64,000 nucleotides of DNA from an uncultured Candidatus Saccharibacteria bacterium (GCA_964365955.1 CAYISA010000001.1:18607-82606); one strand, 5' to 3'. Shown: positions 38,409 to 46,772, counted from the stretch's first letter. Notes: generated by a model not told the origin, from the sequence alone. A program made the numbers and translations.

Positions 38409-39089
38409 GTGAAATATCTTGTTTGGATGTCGATATTTTTTGTATTTTCCCCTTCGGTTGCTTCTGCACAGTCACCTACAATCATCGCAAAAAGCTTCTA
38501 CGCAATCGAGATTAATTATTCCGATCCCGTCTCATGGTTCGGGGGATCGGTTCTGGGATTTGCACCTAAACAAGCGCTCTATCATGAAACATGGAAACCG
38601 GGTAAAGCGCCGGGTTATGCCTTTCGAGTGGAGTTGATTGCGGACGGAAAAGAACGATGGTTCCTGGTAGATCAGGATTCCTCCGTTCAATCTTTTGTCC
38701 ACCTGCCACGCGCCGACCTGAAAAATCTTGGAAAAGACGCGATATTGCTGGTGGGGCAAATCCTTCACTTTCTGAACTGTACAGACGCCTGCTCTACAAC
38801 ACTTCAGGGGATCCTCCATATCGATACATCGGAAATTGTTTCAAAATTCCGCGATCGTAAACCATTCGAAATTCCCGATTCCGAAAAAATTCAACTCCGC
38901 GGGACGCACTCACGATTTGTGACTGTAACCACGCGAAACGTAAACACTAGAGATCCCTATATCGCGGGAGATATCTTGATTGAGCGCGTGAATGGTTACA
39001 CTATCTACCCATATGTTTCGGTTTATCTTTTTGACCAAAAAATATGGATAACACTCTACCTAAGAAAATTTTTGGTAGAATATCAGTAA
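38409..39089 (+). CDS. hypothetical secreted protein (226 aa)
   Basis: GTG start, signal peptide KYLVWMSIFFVFSPSVASAQS, followed by a strong terminator. Confidence 0.45.
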   Translation: MKYLVWMSIFFVFSPSVASAQSPTIIAKSFYAIEINYSDPVSWFGGSVLGFAPKQALYHETWKPGKAPGYAFRVELIADGKERWFLVDQDSSVQSFVHLPRADLKNLGKDAILLVGQILHFLNCTDACSTTLQGILHIDTSEIVSKFRDRKPFEIPDSEKIQLRGTHSRFVTVTTRNVNTRDPYIAGDILIERVNGYTIYPYVSVYLFDQKIWITLYLRKFLVEYQ

Positions 39090-39121
39090 AACCCCCCGAA
39101 TAATCCGAGGGGTTTTTATTT
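39089..39121 (+). terminator. rho-independent terminator (aaaaccccccgaataatccgaggggttttt)
   Basis: GC hairpin plus T-tract. Also lies just downstream of the convergent pheT. Confidence 0.7.
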
Positions 39122-39131
39122 CTTTTTCGAT

Positions 39132-41138
39132 TTATCGGAACTCTACCTTGAACTCCGTTTTTAATAGTTTCTTTATTTTTTCTATTTGTTTATCCACTTC
39201 TTCTGCAGTCAACGTCCGATTGTCTTGTTGGAACACGATTCGGAACGTAAGACTTTCTTTATCCGTCCATTTGGGATCGCTGTACTCATCCACAAGATCC
39301 ACGTCGCGGATCATGCGCATATTGGCAAGCTGGATCGCCTGCATCACGTCTCCTACCGAATACATAGTGTTTAGAAGGATAGAAATATCGCGCATCACCG
39401 CCGGATAACGGGAAGGCGGCAGATACTCCATTTCCTCGGCTACCGCTTCTTTCAATACATCGAGTTGGATTTCCACGATCGCCGTATGCCAGCCTTTCGC
39501 CGTTGTCAAAGCAGTCCCCATAACACCGATTTCTTTTGCACCCAAACGAAGTGTGACAACAGAAGATTTGTCCATCCAGTATTTTCCGACATGGGCCGGC
39601 TTTCCTTTCTTGTCGAAAAGAACGGAGTCGGTAATGCCCGTACTTTTCAAAAAACTTTGAAGAACGCCTTTTAAGTTGAAAAATGATTCCTTGCCTTTGG
39701 TTGCAAACACCATGCCCAGCATCCATTGCTCCACAATACCTTTTGTATTTCGCAAAAAGGTCTTCCCAACCTCGAAAATAGTCACCGTATCCCCAAACTT
39801 TGCATTCGATTCGGCACTTGCAAGCAGATTTGGCGCGAGTGCAGGGCGAAGATAATAAAATTCTTTACTGATCGGATTTTCCAAAGACACTAAAATCGCT
39901 TTTTCCACCATTATCTCGGCCTCTTTCGCAATAAAGGAATTGCCGTATATCTCGTTCAAACCCAATTCCGAAAGAATTTTTCGCGTTTTTTCTTTAAGAA
40001 CAATAGTTTCATCTTGTGCTGCCGCGCCCAAATGAATACGGGGCGGAACGGATTTTAAATTCCCCAATCCGTAAAGCCGCACCACTTCTTCTGCTATGTC
40101 TTCGTGGGTTTCAATGTCAGTTCGATAAAGTGGAACTTTCCACACATCCTTCCCTTTGTTTATAAATCCAAGACGCCGTAGATATCCTGCCGCCACCTCA
40201 TTAGAAAGAGAGGTCCCGATAAATGCGTTGAATTTAAGAATATCGAACCTAAGCTCGTGCTTGGGGGCCGGTTTCTTTTGCGAATCATATACTTCAAGAA
40301 TCTTTGCGCCTGTGATTTCTTGGATCACGTAAGCGGCACGCGAAAGTCCTAATTCTGCAAGGTTTTCGCTTAACCGATGTGAAAACCTCTGTGACGCATC
40401 AGTTACCAACTTCAACATTTTTGACGTTCTATAAATACTCACGGGATCAAATGTGGCGGACTCAATAACAATGCGCTTTGTGGCTGCAGTCACCTCCGGG
40501 CCATGTCCCCCTTTGATTCCAGCAATTGCGATCGAATGCTTGGCATCCGCAATCACCACCGTCTCGGGCGCAAGATCATATTTCACCCCATCAATCGTAA
40601 TTATGGATTCTCCCTTCTTCTTCGCGCGCCGCACAATAATTTTTGCGCCCTCTAATTTATCCGCATCAAACGCATGAAGCGGCTGGCCCATCTCGAGCAT
40701 TACATAATTCATTGCATCAACGATGTTATTAATGGGACGAAGCCCGCACTCTTTGAGTGTTTCCTGCATCCACCGCGGAGATGATTTTACAGTGACCTCA
40801 TCCATCACACACGCGGTGTATCGAGTACAAAGTTGTGGCTCATCTATATTTATGTTCAATTGTGGTTTACAATTTCTAGAGGGTTTTGCAAAATCCACAA
40901 CCGGCAATTTCTTCATTCCGCCCCAGTCGACAATCCAGTCAAAAATCACCGCGACTTCTTTGGCAATGCCCCAATGTGATGAGGCATCGGCATATCGATT
41001 CGGGGGAAGATTCACCTCGAATGTGTTCCCGGAAGCATCTTCCGCTTCAAACGCGTGTAAGGACAGCGCCTCGACGACCTGCGCTTTGGATTTCAGCTTG
41101 GGAACGAATTGTTTCACAAGGGAGTACGAAAATTTCAT
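39132..41138 (-). CDS. pheT: phenylalanine--tRNA ligase beta subunit
   Basis: MKFSYSLVKQFV N-terminus typical of PheT, B3/4 and B5 domains, 668 aa, immediately downstream of pheS. Confidence 0.85.
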   Translation of the reverse strand: MKFSYSLVKQFVPKLKSKAQVVEALSLHAFEAEDASGNTFEVNLPPNRYADASSHWGIAKEVAVIFDWIVDWGGMKKLPVVDFAKPSRNCKPQLNINIDEPQLCTRYTACVMDEVTVKSSPRWMQETLKECGLRPINNIVDAMNYVMLEMGQPLHAFDADKLEGAKIIVRRAKKKGESIITIDGVKYDLAPETVVIADAKHSIAIAGIKGGHGPEVTAATKRIVIESATFDPVSIYRTSKMLKLVTDASQRFSHRLSENLAELGLSRAAYVIQEITGAKILEVYDSQKKPAPKHELRFDILKFNAFIGTSLSNEVAAGYLRRLGFINKGKDVWKVPLYRTDIETHEDIAEEVVRLYGLGNLKSVPPRIHLGAAAQDETIVLKEKTRKILSELGLNEIYGNSFIAKEAEIMVEKAILVSLENPISKEFYYLRPALAPNLLASAESNAKFGDTVTIFEVGKTFLRNTKGIVEQWMLGMVFATKGKESFFNLKGVLQSFLKSTGITDSVLFDKKGKPAHVGKYWMDKSSVVTLRLGAKEIGVMGTALTTAKGWHTAIVEIQLDVLKEAVAEEMEYLPPSRYPAVMRDISILLNTMYSVGDVMQAIQLANMRMIRDVDLVDEYSDPKWTDKESLTFRIVFQQDNRTLTAEEVDKQIEKIKKLLKTEFKVEFR

Positions 41139-41141
41139 AAA

Positions 41142-42140
41142 TCAGAATTGTTCGATAAACCTTATGTCACCCGAATAAAACAGCCGAATGTCGGGGATGT
41201 TATATTTGATCATCGCGAGTCGATCGAGCCCCATACCGAACGCGAACCCTTGCACTCCACCGGCTGACGAATCGGGGTTATAACGCACCGCATCAAAAAC
41301 ATTTCGATGTACCATCCCCGCGCCCATGACTTCCAGCCATTTTCCACCTTTCAACCGAATATCAACTTCCAATCCCGGCTCGACGAAGGGAAAATAACTT
41401 GGTCGGAAACGAAAATCGATTTGAGTACGGAAAAACTTTTTGAAAAATTCCTCGATAATGAATTTAAAATTGGCGAGCGTCACATCCGGTCCCACCATCA
41501 GCCCTTCGACCTGATAAAAATTGAACGCGTGGGAAGCATCGGTTGCTTCATAACGGAATACCCGTCCCGGAACAATAATCTGAAACGGGGGGTTGTGCGC
41601 CTGCATATAACGAATCTGCATGGGCGACGTGTGCGTGCGTAACAACAAACTTTCCTCGCCGCGTTTTTCCTTTTTTATCCAGAACGTATCCCACAGGTCC
41701 CGCGCGGGATGATCGCCCGGAATATTCAGCGCATCAAAATTATAGAATTCCGATTCGATTTCCGGTCCTTCCACAACGGAAAAGTTCATCGAGGAAAAAA
41801 TGCGACGCACTTCGGCGTCCACCAGCGTAAGAGGATGGAGATGCCCCCGGGAAATTCGCTTCCCCGGTTTTGTGACGTCGATTCTTTTTTTACTTTTTAT
41901 CTCCGAAAGATGCGTAAGCGCAACAGCGATTTTCTTTTCCAGTTCTTGACGCAGGGCATTTGCGCGCGGACCCAATTTCCGCCGCCCTTCCACCGGAAGG
42001 CCCTTGAGAGATTTGAGTATTTCCGTAAGTTCTCCTTTGCGGCCGATGTATTTTATGCGCGCAAGTTCGAGCGCCACCGCGTCCCGTGCTTTTTCTATAT
42101 CGCCCCAGGCACGTTTTTTAATATCCTCAAGCGGTTCCAT
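41142..42140 (-). CDS. pheS: phenylalanine--tRNA ligase alpha subunit
   Basis: Class II aaRS motifs (FRPSYFPFVEPGLEVDI, GAGMVHRNV), 332 aa. Confidence 0.9.
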   Translation of the reverse strand: MEPLEDIKKRAWGDIEKARDAVALELARIKYIGRKGELTEILKSLKGLPVEGRRKLGPRANALRQELEKKIAVALTHLSEIKSKKRIDVTKPGKRISRGHLHPLTLVDAEVRRIFSSMNFSVVEGPEIESEFYNFDALNIPGDHPARDLWDTFWIKKEKRGEESLLLRTHTSPMQIRYMQAHNPPFQIIVPGRVFRYEATDASHAFNFYQVEGLMVGPDVTLANFKFIIEEFFKKFFRTQIDFRFRPSYFPFVEPGLEVDIRLKGGKWLEVMGAGMVHRNVFDAVRYNPDSSAGGVQGFAFGMGLDRLAMIKYNIPDIRLFYSGDIRFIEQF

Positions 42141-42223
42141 GGTTTATATATCTATTATATCCGAATTTTCTCCGAGAGAAAAACGGATTTGAATTTCAAG
42201 GTATTCTTAGTATATGATGGTTC

Positions 42224-42295
42224 TGCGGGGAAGAGTAACGGTTGCTCGTCAGGCTCATAACCTGAAGGTAGTGGGTTCAATTCCCACCCCCGCAA
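42224..42295 (+). tRNA. tRNA with CAT anticodon (Met / Ile2 / initiator not resolved), CCA not encoded
   Basis: Acceptor UGCGGGG/CCCCGCA (U1:A72), anticodon stem UCAGG/CCUGA with loop CUCAUAA, T-arm GUGGG-UUCAAUU-CCCAC, A73. Confidence 0.65.
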
Positions 42296-42428
42296 CACAG
42301 GTGGGAATTGAAGTCGACCCGAGCGCTTGCGGGGCAAGAAAAAGTGAGGGCGACGGGTTTCGAAGGAGTCCCGCCGAAGCGGACGGGGGAGAAAAATTCC
42401 CACCCCCGCGACACAGGTGGGAATTGAA
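42296..42428 (+). repeat. tRNA-trailer element E1 (~117-nt unit) ending in a 32-nt copy of the tRNA-Met 3' end
   Basis: cacaggtgggaattgaag (inverted copy of the T-arm, starts 1 nt after the tRNA) + core ...gggtttcgaaggagtcccgccgaagcggacgggggagaaaaa + ttcccacccccgcgacacaggtgggaattgaa (31/32 identical to 42281-42312). Confidence 0.75.
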
Positions 42429-42433
42429 ATATT

Positions 42434-42506
42434 GCCGGCGTAGCTCAGTGGTTAGAGCGAGCGCTTCATAAGCGTTAGGTCGGAGGTTCGATCCCTCCCG
42501 TCGGCA
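42434..42506 (+). tRNA. tRNA with CAT anticodon (second copy; Met or Ile2), CCA not encoded
   Basis: Acceptor GCCGGCG/CGUCGGC, D-arm GCUC-AGUGGUUA-GAGC, anticodon stem AGCGC/GCGUU with loop UUCAUAA, T-arm GGAGG-UUCGAUC-CCUCC, A73. Terminator follows. Confidence 0.75.
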
Positions 42507-42510
42507 CTAA

Positions 42511-42540
42511 AAGCCCCGCCAATTGGCGGGGTTTGGGTTT
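42511..42540 (+). terminator. rho-independent terminator (aagccccgccaattggcggggttt)
   Basis: Hairpin plus T/G-rich tract after the tRNA. Confidence 0.6.
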
Positions 42541-42838
42541 CACATATAGATAACATCACCGCAGGAAATAACGCGTCCTTTTTTTGATCCCGATACAACA
42601 CGCCAAATCGGACACCGTGACGGGCAGTTATCGCGTCCAATCATTTCTACTTCATACTTACCTTCATTTCGGACAAAAATCTTTATGGCCTCTCCTATGA
42701 CAAATTTGGAAGTGTCCACCCTACATTGCCTCTGTCCCATGAATCTCTCCTTTCTTAATAATGAATTGATGCTGTAGCTAAGTATCCTCTATTCGTGTTT
42801 TTCGGTCAAGAACCTGTCGCGTTTACCGCGCTTTTGAT

Positions 42839-43297
42839 ATGCTTATTCCCATGACTACGGAACAAAAGAAAAAAATCGTATCCGTTGCTCGCGCGCTTGT
42901 CGGTAAGTCATACGTGTACGGCGCCGCGCCGGAAAATGTTCCAAACGCATTCGATTGCTCATCGTTTACGCAATATGTTTTCGGGCAGATAGGAATCCAA
43001 CTTCCACGCAGTGCTATCCTGCAAGCCGCCGACCCTAACGGAAAAGAAGTCGAAATTTTTCCGGACTTCCAGAATCTTGAAATCGGCGATCTACTTTTCA
43101 TGCGTAGCGACCGCGGACATTACCACGACCAGTTATTCAACGGAAAAACAATGGATATCGGACATGTCGTTCTTTATCTGGGGGGCGGAGCAATCATCCA
43201 TTCACAAAGCAAAAAAGGTGGGGTCGTCGAAGAACCCTTGAAAGAGTTCGCGCTGCAGCCGCACTATTCGGTTGTTTATATCAAGCGTTTTGAATGA
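42839..43297 (+). CDS. NlpC/P60 family (C40) peptidoglycan peptidase
   Basis: YVYGAAPENVPNAFDCSSFTQYVFGQIGIQLPRSAILQ...GDLLFM...GHVVLYLGGGAIIHS gives the Cys-His catalytic arrangement of NlpC/P60. Confidence 0.75.
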   Translation: MLIPMTTEQKKKIVSVARALVGKSYVYGAAPENVPNAFDCSSFTQYVFGQIGIQLPRSAILQAADPNGKEVEIFPDFQNLEIGDLLFMRSDRGHYHDQLFNGKTMDIGHVVLYLGGGAIIHSQSKKGGVVEEPLKEFALQPHYSVVYIKRFE

Positions 43298-43815
43298 CCT
43301 ACTCGATTCCCGCTTACTCCCAACACCTGGATATTAAAGACAAAAAGTGGCGCCGCCGCTCCTGCGGAGTTGTCGCTTTCAAAATGGTACTGGATTTCTG
43401 GGAAAAACAAACATCCCCAACATTCCCAGAACTCTTGAAAAACGGACAGAAGATGAAAGCATACATTCGGGGCGTCGGGTGGAGCCATGCTGGTATTGCC
43501 AAACTTGCAAAAAAATACGGTTTTGCAGGAAAAAATTTTGATTGGTTCCTGAAAAAATCCGAATGGGCGTTCAAAAAAACCCGAATTTTTCTAAAAACCG
43601 GCCCCGTGATTGTATCGATCCATAAAGATCTGAATCCAAAGAAATCGGGGCATCTGGTGGTGGTTACTCGTATCACCGCGAGCCGCGTTTACTACCTGGA
43701 TCCCGACGCTTACGCGCGCGACAACATACGGCGCGTGGCTTCAAAAAAACGTTTTCTCGCGGGATGGAAGCGGCGCATGATCATTGTCCGCCCCCGCGGG
43801 TTGCATAGAAAATAA
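43294..43815 (+). CDS. C39-like (papain-fold) peptidase domain protein
   Basis: RRRSCGVVAFKMVLDFW (Cys motif) and later GHLVVV (His motif) resemble the Peptidase_C39-like family. Start overlaps the upstream stop (ATGA). Confidence 0.55.
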   Translation: MTYSIPAYSQHLDIKDKKWRRRSCGVVAFKMVLDFWEKQTSPTFPELLKNGQKMKAYIRGVGWSHAGIAKLAKKYGFAGKNFDWFLKKSEWAFKKTRIFLKTGPVIVSIHKDLNPKKSGHLVVVTRITASRVYYLDPDAYARDNIRRVASKKRFLAGWKRRMIIVRPRGLHRK

Positions 43816-43841
43816 GGAATTGTTAAAGTGTAGTTGCTGTT

Positions 43842-43917
43842 GCGGGCGTGGTGTAGCCTGGTTTAACACGCCTCCCTGTCACGGAGGAGACCGTGGGTTC
43901 AAATCCCATCGCCCGCG
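43842..43917 (+). tRNA. tRNA-Asp (anticodon GTC), CCA not encoded
   Basis: Acceptor GCGGGCG/CGCCCGC, G73, D-arm GUGU...ACAC, anticodon stem CCUCC/GGAGG with loop CUGUCAC, T-arm GUGGG-UUCAAAU-CCCAU. Confidence 0.75.
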
Positions 43918-43930
43918 CACGTGAAAAGAA

Positions 43931-43958
43931 GTTACCCCTTGTGGGTAATTTCTTTTTA
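43931..43958 (+). terminator. rho-independent terminator (ttacccCTTGTgggtaa + tttctttttat)
   Basis: Hairpin plus T-tract between tRNA-Asp and element E2. Confidence 0.6.
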
Positions 43959-43959
43959 T

Positions 43960-44072
43960 CCACAATGGGATTTGAAGGGAACTCGCGCGCTCGCGAGCGA
44001 GATAAAACGCGAGTCCCTGGTTTCGGAGGAGGCGCAAATGCGGCGGGGGAGAAAAAATCCCATCGCCTGCGC
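43960..44072 (+). repeat. tRNA-trailer element E2 (~113 nt) ending in an 18-nt copy of the tRNA-Asp 3' end
   Basis: ccacaatgggatttgaaggg (inverted copy of T-arm ttcaaatcccat) + core ...ctggtttcggaggaggcgcaaatgcggcgggggagaaaaa + aatcccatcgcctgcgc (17/18 identical to 43901-43918). Confidence 0.75.
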
Positions 44073-44079
44073 TGACAAA

Positions 44080-45129
44080 TTAGAAAATTACTTCTTTAAG
44101 TTTGTGCGTATCCCCGTGCTGCAATAACCCACGATAGGAGTTGATCGTCTCACGGCGCGGATATCCTTTCAGATTTCGCACTATCCTCCGTTTCGTGATG
44201 GTGCGAATCTGCCGATGATGCGGGAAATGAATCCATCCGAGAAAATCGACCCCGGAGGCATAAGACTCAATGGAAACTTTCTTCTCGTGTAACGAGAGGC
44301 GAAGGTGATCATGGAGGAATGCCCGAATCTTGAGTAATAACACCACGAGATAATCCTTGTTATCCGATAGGATCAGAAAATCATCGGCATAGCGAATATA
44401 ATATTTCCCCTTCAATTCCTGTTTTATAAACATATCAAATTCATGCATATAAATGTTTGCGAGGAGCTGGGATGTGAGATTCCCCAAGGGAAGTCCAAGG
44501 CCAGACCGCACCATATGAAAGCTTGAAATGACTTGTCCTAAGAGCCAAAGAATATCTCGATCTCCTATATTTCGTTCAATGATACGGGTCAAAATTTTTT
44601 GATCCACGCTTGCAAAGAATCTCTTAATATCACACTTTAGGACGTAGCAGGTGCGCGTATTATTCTTTGATACTTTGCGGGCAAATGAGTCGAAGCGTTC
44701 CAGAGCCTTATGAATCCCCTTGTCTTCTCGGCAGGCACAGGAATCGTAGATGAATCGCTCTTCAAAATAAGGATAGAGAGCCCGATAAAGTACGTGATGG
44801 AGAAAGCGGTCCCGCACAGAAGCCTTATGAATAGTCCGTCGTTTCGGGTCCGAGACGTGGAATTCGGAATAGGGTCCATGAACATATGTTTTGTAAAGAA
44901 GGTCTCGGTGAAGCGACACAAGATTGTCTGAGAGGCATGCCTCGAATCCCGCCACATCCTTTTTGTGTCGTTTACCGCAGAGAAACCGTTCCCACGTTGC
45001 AAGGAGATTTTCTATGGTTATGATATCTTGGTAAGTATGAATAATCGTAGTAATAGTGCTGTACCCCCCCGCACAAGGGAAACTCCGCTTGTACTTTTGA
45101 AGGTAAAAGAAACATACCGAACGTGGCAT
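44080..45129 (-). CDS. diversity-generating retroelement reverse transcriptase
   Basis: RT motifs incl. YADDFLIL (RT5) and GLPLGNLTSQLLANIYM (RT4 with the DGR-type [ILV]GxxxSQ signature). N-terminus IITIENLLATWERF...GKRHKKD is like DGR RTs. ~349 aa; start chosen at MPRSV (45129), which has a GAGGTG Shine-Dalgarno sequence; the track ORF runs to 45144. Confidence 0.85.
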   Translation of the reverse strand: MPRSVCFFYLQKYKRSFPCAGGYSTITTIIHTYQDIITIENLLATWERFLCGKRHKKDVAGFEACLSDNLVSLHRDLLYKTYVHGPYSEFHVSDPKRRTIHKASVRDRFLHHVLYRALYPYFEERFIYDSCACREDKGIHKALERFDSFARKVSKNNTRTCYVLKCDIKRFFASVDQKILTRIIERNIGDRDILWLLGQVISSFHMVRSGLGLPLGNLTSQLLANIYMHEFDMFIKQELKGKYYIRYADDFLILSDNKDYLVVLLLKIRAFLHDHLRLSLHEKKVSIESYASGVDFLGWIHFPHHRQIRTITKRRIVRNLKGYPRRETINSYRGLLQHGDTHKLKEVIF

Positions 45130-45435
45130 ACCCACCTCGCGCATATTTCTCGCATTGATCGGAATACGATAGGAATTCGTATTGACGAGACGTTCCTTTC
45201 TCTCTTGGAGCTTACGTTCCGAGCGTGTTTTGCGGCGGATAAATTTGAGAAGCTATCCATGGTGTCAAATGCTATTGCGAAATCTGACATCCTCAAATTC
45301 TTCCTGCAACTTGCATGGGAGGGAAAGACACTGGATCACGCGCTCTACGGAAAACTGCTTCTCGATTTAGATGAAATCGGCCGGATGCTCGGAGGGTGGA
45401 AACGAACCTTGTCTAGCAAAACTCCCGCGAAATAG
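45037..45435 (+). CDS. Avd-like accessory variability determinant (four-helix-bundle, basic C-terminus), encoded antisense to the RT 5' end
   Basis: C-terminus LLLDLDEIGRMLGGWKRTLSSKTPAK plus predicted helices (ETYRTWHTHLAHI / IRIDETFLSLLELTFRA / LSMVSNAIAKSDILKFFLQLAWE), as far as I recall Avd proteins. Start uncertain: the track ORF begins at 44965; 45037 is the first ATG compatible with a four-helix length. Overlaps the RT start on the opposite strand by ~90 nt. Confidence 0.5.
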   Translation: MNNRSNSAVPPRTRETPLVLLKVKETYRTWHTHLAHISRIDRNTIGIRIDETFLSLLELTFRACFAADKFEKLSMVSNAIAKSDILKFFLQLAWEGKTLDHALYGKLLLDLDEIGRMLGGWKRTLSSKTPAK

Positions 45436-45452
45436 CGGGAGAAATCATATGC

Positions 45453-45574
45453 GTAGCAGAAACAGAGCACGCAGTTGTCAGAATTCCAGTCATTCTCGAA
45501 GTTGCCGAGGTTGAACTTGTAGTCACCGTCCGAGTTGCGGTTCACGTTCGGCACCCTGTGGTTACCGTCGGCGT
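45453..45574 (-). repeat. DGR template repeat (TR), sense strand = minus
   Basis: ~122-bp non-coding copy of the 3' ends of the two target genes. In the coding orientation it is AAC-rich (encodes NHRVPNVNRNSDGDYKFNLGNFENDWNSDNCVLCFCY). Every internal mismatch to VR1/VR2 is at a TR adenine. Followed on the minus strand by the hairpin ctcccgctatttcgcgggag. Confidence 0.85.
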
Positions 45575-45814
45575 GTCGTCATGGTATATACGACGCATCA
45601 TCCAGTCCACCGGAGAGAACGCCTGTCCTCCCCTGCATTTCATTCGGAGTCTTTGAATACTCCCGAATGCATCGTACCGACGGATATGATTTTTTCATGA
45701 GGGATGGCGCGCGCGCATAAGGCGTACCCGATGCGTTCCTGGCCTATTTTCGCTCACGGGAATTCGATGACATGAAGCCGTAACCGCATGTTCGAATCCA
45801 ATTCCGTCGTTAGT

Positions 45815-45847
45815 ATATATAAAAACCCCCTCGTTTGCACGAGAGGG
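45815..45847 (-). terminator. rho-independent terminator downstream of DGR target gene 1
   Basis: Minus-strand ccctctcgtgcaaacgagggg hairpin followed by tttttatatata. Confidence 0.55.
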
Positions 45848-45904
45848 TCGAATCTAAGGAACTAATCGGACAAGAACTTATCCAATCGTCCGAGTGTCTG
45901 AGTA

Positions 45905-46573
45905 CTACTCACCGTCGCAGAAACAGAGCACGCAGTAGTCAGAACCCCAGTCACGCTCGAAGTCGCCGAGGCTGAACTCGCAGTCACCGACCGAGTAGCG
46001 GAACACGCGCGGCACCCTGTGGTCACCGCCGGCGTCAACCCAGAGAGCGTTCTTCTCGTCGAAGGAGACGTAGAATTTTCCTTTCGGAAGTTCATCTTTC
46101 TTCTCCTGATAGACGAGGGAGGCACCCTGAGCACCGACGAGAATCGCGTTCTGAGACCGCAAAAGGTTCATGTGATCTTCGGAGGTCACGCTACCCTTCT
46201 TGATTCCGAAGACTTTGACCTTGTAGGTCTTCCCGGGAACCAGTTGGGTGGTCGCCTTGGCGAAGTGTGAGTCCGTGATGTCGGTGTTGTAATAGTAGAA
46301 GCCCTTGCGGTACTTCTGTTCGAAGGTCGCAAGCTGGGTTCCATGGACATAGTCCTTGGGAACCGTAAGCGCGAACTCTTTGAGGTGCTCGTAGCGCGGA
46401 TCGATGAGGTTGGCCCCGTCAAACTTTCCCTCAATCGCATTTTGAAGATGCAGTTTGAGGAGATGCGGATTGAAGGGGTACCCACTCGGTTGGCGGAGTT
46501 GACGGGCGATTTTAAAAATCTGCCCGGTAATCGACTCGTATAAGTCGCCTGCGACAATCGGTTTCGTTGCCAT
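45905..46573 (-). CDS. DGR target protein 1 (VR at C-terminus)
   Basis: 222 aa from MATKPIV (AAAGGAA Shine-Dalgarno sequence). Paralogue of target 2. C-terminal 38 aa (GDHRVPRVFRYSVGDCEFSLGDFERDWGSDYCVLCFCDGE) is encoded by VR1. Confidence 0.75.
   Translation of the reverse strand: MATKPIVAGDLYESITGQIFKIARQLRQPSGYPFNPHLLKLHLQNAIEGKFDGANLIDPRYEHLKEFALTVPKDYVHGTQLATFEQKYRKGFYYYNTDITDSHFAKATTQLVPGKTYKVKVFGIKKGSVTSEDHMNLLRSQNAILVGAQGASLVYQEKKDELPKGKFYVSFDEKNALWVDAGGDHRVPRVFRYSVGDCEFSLGDFERDWGSDYCVLCFCDGE
45912..46035 (-). repeat. DGR variable repeat VR1
   Basis: Aligns with the TR over ~122 bp. ~23 differences, all at TR T (plus strand) = A (coding strand) except the boundary position. Confidence 0.85.
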
Positions 46574-46738
46574 GACGATATTCCTTTCTGTTAATGAACG
46601 CTTGGAGACTGCCAAGTCAGGTGTAAGGGTATCTTACGGTCTAAAGAGTAGTATAGTAATTATATATTGTCAAGCATAAAGATTCGAATCAACGGGCCTA
46701 TCCCCTACCAAAACCCCTACAAATGGAGGGTAAATCGA

Positions 46739-46772
46739 TGTATAAAAAATGCCTCTCGTTTGCACGAGAGGC
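46739..46772 (-). terminator. rho-independent terminator downstream of DGR target gene 2
   Basis: Minus-strand gcctctcgtgcaaacgagaggc perfect hairpin followed by attttttata. Confidence 0.6.

Noticed and set aside
42540-42740. 66-aa minus-strand ORF (MGQRQCRVDTSKF...CPSRCPIW...) downstream of the second CAT-anticodon tRNA
   Set aside because: No RBS, overlaps another small ORF, sits in a non-coding spacer. Kept in mind but unsupported.
44965-45036. Longer version of the Avd-like ORF starting at 44965
   Set aside because: The first 24 codons would lie deep inside the RT coding region on the other strand. 45037 is the first ATG giving a four-helix-sized protein. The start remains uncertain.
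45815-46772. Conserved hairpins (cctctcgtttgcacgagagg) 60-90 bp downstream of both DGR target genes, first considered as DGR target-recognition (IMH-associated) cruciforms
   Set aside because: On the coding (minus) strand each is a GC hairpin immediately followed by a U-tract, i.e. an ordinary intrinsic terminator duplicated along with the paralogous gene. The TR/VR homology itself ends ~5 nt from the stop codon.
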